Source of the DNA: Bacillus subtilis subsp. subtilis str. 168
Lineage (GTDB): Bacteria > Bacillota > Bacilli > Bacillales > Bacillaceae
Assembly (NCBI RefSeq): GCF_000009045.1
Contig: NC_000964.3
Span: 3,240,001-3,272,000 of the forward strand
DNA: 32,000 nt
Direction of reading: 5' to 3'
Every line of letters begins with the position of its first letter. Position 1 is the first letter of the stretch. Positions 25,408 to 32,000 of this stretch are shown piece after piece. Below the pieces are notes generated by a model. It saw only the letters and a program-made list of their open reading frames with translations, was not told the DNA's origin and did not search any database. Made by a program: the position numbers and the translations under genes.

Positions 25408-26137
25408 ACAAAAACTCTTTAATATCATAAATGCGGCCGTTTTCCGTCCCTTTTTCTAGTAAAGAAAGCAGCGTGCCGGCAATAAAGTCCGGACTGCGAA
25501 GGCTTCCTGTTTCATTTAATTTCCGGAATCGTTCAATGTGGTGGAAATCCTTTTTCGATGAAGAACGGATGACGGCCTGCATCTCAGTGTCCATCACTCC
25601 AGGTGAGAACGAAATCATGTTCACCGGCAGCTCTTCATCCTCCTGTTCAAATCCGAATGTCCTCGTAAACATGTCGAGCCCGGCTTTTGAACTGCAATAC
25701 GCGCTCCATCCCTTATATGGATTTTTGGCGGCTCCTGAAGTAATGTTGACAACCGTCTTTTTGCCGCTGTATGAAGCAAACCGTTTTGTAAACAGCTGAC
25801 TCAAAAGCACGGGCGCAGTCAGGTTCAGCTGATAATGGCGCTGAAGCTCGTCAAGAGACGCTTCGCCGGCACGTTTGATCGGCGTTACCATTCCGGCGTT
25901 ATTAATAAGGGTAATACCAGAATAACGATCTGAATCGATGGATGAGAGCAATGTTTCAAATTGCTGTTCAGCTTCTTCGAGATTGATGAGGTCTATTTGA
26001 TGCTGCGTTAGTTTTTTGTGAGAGACATCTGTTTTCGTTCTGGATAAGGCATGGACTTCATGCCCCTTTTCTAAAGCCTGTAATGCAATGGCTTGACCCA
26101 GCCCTTTTGACGCTCCGGTGATGATATAAAGTTCCAT
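25406..26137 (-). CDS. yueD: Short-chain dehydrogenase/reductase (benzil reductase YueD)
   Basis: 243 aa. Rossmann motif ITGASKGLG, NNAG, catalytic YCSSKAG (YxxxK). AAGGAGG RBS. Confidence 0.9.
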   Translation of the reverse strand: MELYIITGASKGLGQAIALQALEKGHEVHALSRTKTDVSHKKLTQHQIDLINLEEAEQQFETLLSSIDSDRYSGITLINNAGMVTPIKRAGEASLDELQRHYQLNLTAPVLLSQLFTKRFASYSGKKTVVNITSGAAKNPYKGWSAYCSSKAGLDMFTRTFGFEQEDEELPVNMISFSPGVMDTEMQAVIRSSSKKDFHHIERFRKLNETGSLRSPDFIAGTLLSLLEKGTENGRIYDIKEFL

Positions 26138-26199
26138 TGGAAACCTCCTTTTCCGTTATTATTGTACGGCACCTCTTTTACACAACACAAGCACGCGGC

Positions 26200-26706
26200 C
26201 TACGCCTTCTTGTTTTCCTGCGCTGTGACTTTTGGGATGAGGAACACGATGCCTGCAATTCCGAGCAGGATCAGTACGACATAGATCATCGGCAGCAGCA
26301 ATGATGATGTTTCTTGTTCATCTTCTGTTTCCGTTGATGATGTCTTTGTCATTGGTTTTTCAGCAAAAGTAATTCCAAGCTGTTTCGACTGGGCCGCAAT
26401 CGTGTTGGAATCCTCGGCATTTGTTGATGTAAACAAATCTTTTATCAGCTCGGCGTCCTTGTCCTTCGGTTTATCAAAAGTGATATCCTTTTGTTCCTCA
26501 GGCAGTTCTGTTTTTTCTTCATAGTAGGTATCTTCATGCAAATAATTCGTATCGATTTCGATGTCTTTTTTCTCATACTGGTTTGGCGCGACATCTGTAT
26601 TTTCTTCAGTTTGGGCAGCCGCTGCAGAGGGTATGAAAAGGGAAAAGGAGAGCATACAAATCATGATCCCCTTTTCCATGCTGCGATCACGCTTCATACG
26701 TTTCAT
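26200..26706 (-). CDS. yueC: T7SS-locus membrane protein YueC: signal peptide, acidic ectodomain, C-terminal TM anchor (start codon uncertain)
   Basis: The longest ORF is 168 aa and begins 20 nt inside the yueB 3' end. Alternative in-frame ATGs lie at 26697, 26679, 26664 and 26655. N-terminus KRMKRDR + [20 protein letters not shown]. Asp/Glu-rich middle. C-terminal [24 protein letters not shown]. Confidence 0.75.
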
Positions 26707-29700
26707 CGCTTTCTGCTGTGTGTTCAGCCATCAACCGGATAATCAGCGGCAGAGCCACGGCAATCACCGTAATGATCAGCAGAACTGTTATTCCCATTGT
26801 AAACAAGTGCCCAGTACCGTACTGGATGTCGATATATACTTTCGAAACCGGATCTTCAAATGTAAAGTTCGGCATGATCAAATCAATAAGCGGTGCGACA
26901 TAGAATAGGATCATTGCTGCTGAAGCAACCCAGCCAGGGATTGATCCGAATCTGAATGCCGTCCGGATGAAGGCAGAGCTTGCGACCAGCAATAGAATCG
27001 TAAACACCGACCACTTAATCGTCTGATCGTCCGGCAGTGAATAAATATTCAAGCCGAACAAGCTGATCATAAGTCCGACAAGGATATTCAGAATTCCGAA
27101 TAACGCTCCTTTGACGAGAAGCGGTGCGTTTTGGTAATACGAGCTGAAATAGCCGATTAACAGACTGCTGATCAACACAATGACAAGGATGACAACCGGA
27201 GGTACCGTCTGAATTTTTTCTTCCGGAACCTCTCCGCTGATTTTAAGCGGATTCGCTAAGTAATCATATACATAGCCATTGTTTTGCCCGTCTACTAATG
27301 TATTTCCGAGTATGCCGTATACGTCATTTCGCACGAGTTTCGTGGAGGCGACATTTTTCCCCCAGTTGTTGTTTAAGGTGTCGGCTTTCGCTTGAACATC
27401 ATTAACGCTTTGCTGCATGTTGGTTGTGTAATCAATGATGCCGGACTGGCGATCAGACAATGAACCCATCATGTCTGACATTTGCAGCACTTCCTGGCCG
27501 ACCGTATCTTGGACACTCAGTGCCATGGTACCAGACAGCCCATCGTTGCTGAACGTCGCAGATTCCTGTGTTGCGCCCGTTACAAGCTGTTCTGACGCTT
27601 TTGCGGCACTTTCAGAGATTTTCGTCAGTTCGTCGAGAACACCTGCTTGAGAGTCACGGATATAGCCGCTGTAGTCGTCCGCAAATTTGGTCATGCCGTC
27701 GATGAAGCTGTTAATATCCTCATCTGTTTGCATCGTGTTGTTTTTGAGAGCTTCCCAGCTGGCTGATTCTTCAGGTGTGAGAGCCAGGACTGATTGGACG
27801 TTGCCATCTTGCTCTTGGATGACTTCACCTTTAATAATAGTCAAAGAGCCTAGATCCAGATTATCATTTAGCGTAGACTTATATAAATTTAAAGAGTTGT
27901 AATACTTCATCAAGTTAGAAATATTATCAGTTTCAATTCTACTTGAAAAAATTGAACTTAGTTTTTCTTTCTGATCTATATAGCCTCTACTCTGCAAAGT
28001 TTGTATTATTTCGTCTTCCAAATTGTATATTAACCTATAAGCATCATTGACATTATTATCAAAATCAACCAACTTTTTTGTTAAGTCACCAATTTGATCA
28101 TTTAATTTTGAAACTGTTTTATTTAACTCTTTAATTTCTTGATTTAACTCATCAATATGTTTCTCTAGTTTGTTGTTATGTTCCTCTTGTTTTTCTTGAA
28201 GTGCATTTTCTATTTCCTCTAATTTTATCGCTGCTTCGTTCAGACGTTTTTTTGCACCTGAAATATCAGTTTCACCGTCAGCTCCGTCACCCTGTAGCCC
28301 ATCACTTTGATTTGAGCCATCGTTTTCATCTGCGAGTTCAATCAAAGAGAAATCTGTTTTAGAGGTTCCTGTATTCTCCGTGTTTGTATCTTGTTCAGGA
28401 ACGTTTTTTGAAGATTCTTGATGTTTTTGTCCCGTTTCAATGTTAGTTTGAACATCATTTTGTGATCCATTATCTTGAGTACCCTCTTCTGATGAGCCAG
28501 TATCTTCATTTGTTGGCTGATCATCGGATGTTGGAATATCATTCGACGGTTCTTCAGTATTAGGAGAATCATCGGTTGATGGTTCTTCAGCATCGGGTGT
28601 TGTTGGTTTTTCTTGTTCAGGTTCTTTTAACCCTTCAGAGATATCTTTAATTTCAGTTGCAACATTTTTGAGCTCATCCCGCTGCTTCTCTAAATCCAAT
28701 TTTATATCTTCAATATCTTCCTTATCTGTGTCATCTTTATTATCAGATGTGTCTTCTCCATCTTCCTTTTCGTCGCTTTCCTTAGGTTTAAGTAAACTAA
28801 GGCGGTTCTTCCCGATATTCTCTTGCAATTGATTTAAATTTTGATATTTAATAGCTTCATATTGACTTTTATATCGAGATAGAAATGCATTAAACATGTC
28901 ATTCTCAATTTTTTTCATACCCATTTCTTGCAATGGCACTTGATTTTGCCTTAACTTTTCAGCATTGTTCAACGCAAGGTTTGTCAGTCCTATTTGTGTC
29001 TTCGCTTGGCCGATCCCGGTTGCCAATCCGCTCATGCGTTCGCTGAACTGATTCGCCTTTTGCTGTGCCTGGATGGCATCCAGACCTGTCCGGATTTGCT
29101 GCTGTGTTGAATCCTGGGCTGCCAAAAGCAGCTTTTTCTGATTCTCTTGATATTCTTTGTACCTTTCAACTGTATCAATGAATTCTTTCAGCGTGTTTTT
29201 GGCTTCCTCCGCCGTAGAAGCTTTTTCTTTTGTCGTGCCTTGCGCTTCATTCATTGATTTCTTCAGCTCATCGATTAAGTCTTTTTGCTGTTTGATTTCA
29301 CCTGCTAAATCATTAGAGCTTGGTTTGTAAAAGTTGTACATGACATTCTGGAATTCAGATTCTTTATTGACGATCTTGTCAAATTCTCCTCTGATGTTGT
29401 CCACTTTTTGCGAAACAAAATTCCAGTATAAGGCCGACATTTTTTTGTTCATTGTCTTTTGGGCATCCTCAAGCTCACGCTGAACTTTTTCTTTGTTAAC
29501 CGCATTCAGGTTATCTTGAATGCTGAATTCGAGCGTTGCCTTTTGAGGATGGTCTTTGTCATAGCTCAAAATGTTTTTTGAGAAGTCTGAGGGAATGTAG
29601 ACAATCGCATCGTATTTCTTTGAAGCGAGACCGGTCTCGGCCGCGCTTCGGTTTACGACCGTCCACGAATAATCAGGACGTTCACCCAGAACGGCCGCTA

Positions 29701-29917
29701 CTTCCTTGCCGAACTGGGCGGATTTGTCCTCTTCATCAGACTTTACCTCATCACTCAATACGCCTGTGTCTTCATTCACCACCGCGATTTGCCGGGTAGA
29801 ATTGACTGCTTTTTTCGTTGGGTCGTCTCCGATAAATCGGAAAAACAACACCGGCAGCAGCAAAATGATGATGACGGCGGATATTAACTTGATCAAGCTT
29901 TTTCGTTGTTCTGTCAT
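26687..29917 (-). CDS. yueB: YueB (EsaA-like T7SS membrane component; phage SPP1 receptor)
   Basis: 1076 aa. One N-terminal TM segment, a long coiled-coil/acidic ectodomain, and five or six C-terminal TM segments. ATG at 29917 overlaps the essC TGA (ATGA). Matches YueB from memory. Confidence 0.93.
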
Positions 29918-32000
29918 CTAGCACTCTCCCTTTCAGCAGAACATAAAGGAATTTGAACTTTTTGCTCCTTCCCGTTTTCCACAACATATCCGAAGCCCGG
30001 CTGAATCTCAGGCTCCTGTCTTTGGTACGGGAGAGGAATGACATTTTGCTCAGACTTTTTCATCAGCAGAATCGCGTGGCGGATTTGCTTCATCTCAGTC
30101 GTCAAGGAGTCATAGCCTTTTGAGAATTCGCTGTGGTTTCCGCCCGGGATAAAGCTGAACCCAAGATGAGCGTATGATTTCATGAAGTTAGCGAGACGAT
30201 CTTGTATTCTCGTATCAATCGTCTGCTGGAATCTCGTTATCCCGTCAATCATCAGCACGACTTGTGAGAATCGCAGATTTTGTGCGTCTCCTTGGCGGAC
30301 GGCTTCTACATACATGGCTTCTCTTGTTTTGAAAATGTCTTCTGCTGTTTCAATCCACTGCTCAATATCTTCTTTCGTTTCCAAATATGAAACATCTGAT
30401 TCCTTCGCATAATGAGATAAGCCGCGGTCAATCGAGTCAAACAGGCCGATCATTTCGGTTTCATCATCAATCAGATGTTCAAGCATGACTTTTAGGACGT
30501 TTGTTTTCCCGCGCTGAGTTTGGCCTAAAATCAGGCAGTGCTTATGCTTGCCCAAATCAAAATAGACTGGGCTGACTGTTTCTTCATGAAGCCCGATCGG
30601 TACAGATAAAGGCTTGCGTTCCAGCTTGAAGCGGATAGACAATTCTCTCGTCGACAAGCTCTCAGGCAGCATCGGAATCGGTGCCGGCTGCTCCATTGAA
30701 GCAAATCGCCCTTGAAGTTTCTGTACGTCTGATTTCAGCTCGTTGAACATGCCGATATCATCATCGGCGTCAACAGGCAGGAACATTTGCGCGAAATAAA
30801 GCTCTTCCTTTTGAATGATGACGCGTCCCGGAATCGGCTCAAGATTGAATTTCGGACGGCCGTAAATGGAATATCCTTCTGATTGATCCATGAGATAATG
30901 GACAATCTTTGTTTTCAAGTTATTTAACAATGACTGGCGGACAGCATTCACCCGCGTTGCTGTCAGCATAAAGTAGATACCCAAGCTTTGTCCGTCTCTG
31001 GAAAGCTGGACAAATTCCGATTCAAGCTCATGCATCTCATCCTTGACAATGTCAAAGTTGTCAATGGTGATAAAAATGAATGGAAGCTCTTCTTCGCTCA
31101 GCGCATTGTACATTTTGATGTGGCTGATTTCTTTTTCCCGGAACAAACGTTTACGGCGGTCAATTTCTTCTTTGATGCGAATCATGAACTTTTCAATTTT
31201 CCTTGACTGGTCCATCAGGAAGTAATCCGCGGTATGCGGGAGCTTCGCTAATGGCAGCAGCGTTCCGTTTCCGAAATCAAAGATATAGACATGAAGCTCT
31301 TCAGGTGTGTATACGTCCGCAAAACTCATCAGGAACGTTGCGGCTGCAATCGATTTTCCGTAGCCCGAAGAGCCGAAGATGCCGATATTTCCATCTTCCA
31401 TCATCTTATAAGCAATTGGCGCCTGTCTTTGCAGATCAGGTTCATCGACATACGCAAAGTGGAAATGGTCTTTTTCGTTTGAAGGGAAAAGAGTGCGCGG
31501 AATACGTTCCGCAAGCGGCGGCAGCCAAGGGCTTGGCAGCTTCTCGATTCCCATTTCATCTTGGATGCGTTCAATTTCGTCAACTACAGCTTCGATTTCG
31601 GTTTGAACGTCTTTTTTCGCGTTATCTTCGGTATCAACCTCAGAAAGCGGGATCAGACCCGTATCTGTGACGATCGCGATTTCATCCTCGGTACCGTAGA
31701 CTTCCTCTAAGTAAGGCGCCCCGCTCCATGCAGATTGGAACAGCTCATACACTTCATTGTTTCCGACCTGCAAATAGCCGCGGCCTGTTACGGTAATGTT
31801 TGCGGCATCGCTGTTTTTCAAAATTTCTTTACTGTCGGTGGCATCCTGGACCTTGAGCGCTACTTTAAAGCGCGAGTTACTCCAGATCTGGTCGTCGATG
31901 ATGCCGCCTGGCTTCTGTGTCGCCAAAATCAAATGAACGCCGAGGCTTCGTCCGATACGCGCGGCACTGACAAGCTCCCTGATAAAATCAGGCTCCTCGC
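29914..32000 (-). CDS. essC: EssC/YukBA FtsK-SpoIIIE-family T7SS ATPase, C-terminal ~695 codons (5' end outside the window)
   Basis: The frame stays open to the window edge; the track's M at 31932 is an internal TTG Leu in ...RSLGVHLILATQKPGG. Walker A FGSSGYGKS at 31351-31374 and GQTQRGKT at 30502-30525. TGA at 29914-29916. Confidence 0.93.
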   Translation of the reverse strand, partial: EEPDFIRELVSAARIGRSLGVHLILATQKPGGIIDDQIWSNSRFKVALKVQDATDSKEILKNSDAANITVTGRGYLQVGNNEVYELFQSAWSGAPYLEEVYGTEDEIAIVTDTGLIPLSEVDTEDNAKKDVQTEIEAVVDEIERIQDEMGIEKLPSPWLPPLAERIPRTLFPSNEKDHFHFAYVDEPDLQRQAPIAYKMMEDGNIGIFGSSGYGKSIAAATFLMSFADVYTPEELHVYIFDFGNGTLLPLAKLPHTADYFLMDQSRKIEKFMIRIKEEIDRRKRLFREKEISHIKMYNALSEEELPFIFITIDNFDIVKDEMHELESEFVQLSRDGQSLGIYFMLTATRVNAVRQSLLNNLKTKIVHYLMDQSEGYSIYGRPKFNLEPIPGRVIIQKEELYFAQMFLPVDADDDIGMFNELKSDVQKLQGRFASMEQPAPIPMLPESLSTRELSIRFKLERKPLSVPIGLHEETVSPVYFDLGKHKHCLILGQTQRGKTNVLKVMLEHLIDDETEMIGLFDSIDRGLSHYAKESDVSYLETKEDIEQWIETAEDIFKTREAMYVEAVRQGDAQNLRFSQVVLMIDGITRFQQTIDTRIQDRLANFMKSYAHLGFSFIPGGNHSEFSKGYDSLTTEMKQIRHAILLMKKSEQNVIPLPYQRQEPEIQPGFGYVVENGKEQKVQIPLCSAERESAR

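Noticed and set aside
31203-31670. 155-aa ORF on the + strand.
   Set aside because: It is antisense to the essC ATPase domain and has an Arg/Ser/Pro-rich shadow composition. The sense frame carries clear Walker A motifs.
1-32000. Possibility that the window hides a previously undescribed multi-gene system (defence island, toxin module, mobile element).
   Set aside because: All substantial ORFs correspond, in order and length, to genes I recognise from B. subtilis 168 (nupN ... essC). The intergenic gaps are short, and those I examined contain RBSs, terminators and known-type regulatory motifs. I saw no integrase, transposase, repeat array or tRNA. The two low-GC blocks lie inside known genes (comQXP, yueB) rather than forming an island.

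Overview
This window reads as a contiguous, intact stretch of a Bacillus subtilis 168-type chromosome. I recognised it from protein sequences and gene order, from memory; no search was run. On the + strand: nupN (5'-truncated), nupO, nupP, nupQ (nucleoside ABC importer), maeN (Na+/malate symporter), and the seven-gene mrpABCDEFG Na+/H+ antiporter operon, with yufS on the - strand between maeN and mrpA. From about 12.4 kb almost everything is on the - strand: yuxO, comA, comP, comX, comQ (ComX quorum-sensing cassette), the 46-aa degQ (absent from the ORF track), yuzC (+), pdeH, pncB-pncA (NAD salvage), yueI, yueH, yueG, yueF, yuzE (+), yuzF, yueE, yueD. The window ends with the distal part of the type VII secretion (Yuk/Ess) locus: yueC, yueB and the 3' ~695 codons of essC, which runs off the window. 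Every long ORF that is not an antisense or alternate-frame shadow of these genes is accounted for. I saw no tRNA/rRNA, CRISPR array, IS element or prophage hallmarks. I therefore do not find evidence for a previously undescribed multi-gene system here. The most interesting signals are: (1) two sharp intragenic low-GC mosaics, both in extracellular recognition modules (comQ-comX-comP sensor half, which is known pherotype polymorphism, and the central ectodomain of the phage-SPP1 receptor/T7SS protein YueB); (2) the degQ small gene with its ComA box; (3) a terminator-like hairpin with an embedded promoter-like motif between comP and comA; (4) the convergent, terminator-less overlap of yuzC and pdeH with a candidate antisense arrangement; (5) several poorly characterised small genes (yufS, yuxO, yueC, yueG-I, yuzE/F). 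Start codons were refined from the ORF track using RBS spacing. All regulatory calls are motif-level inferences.
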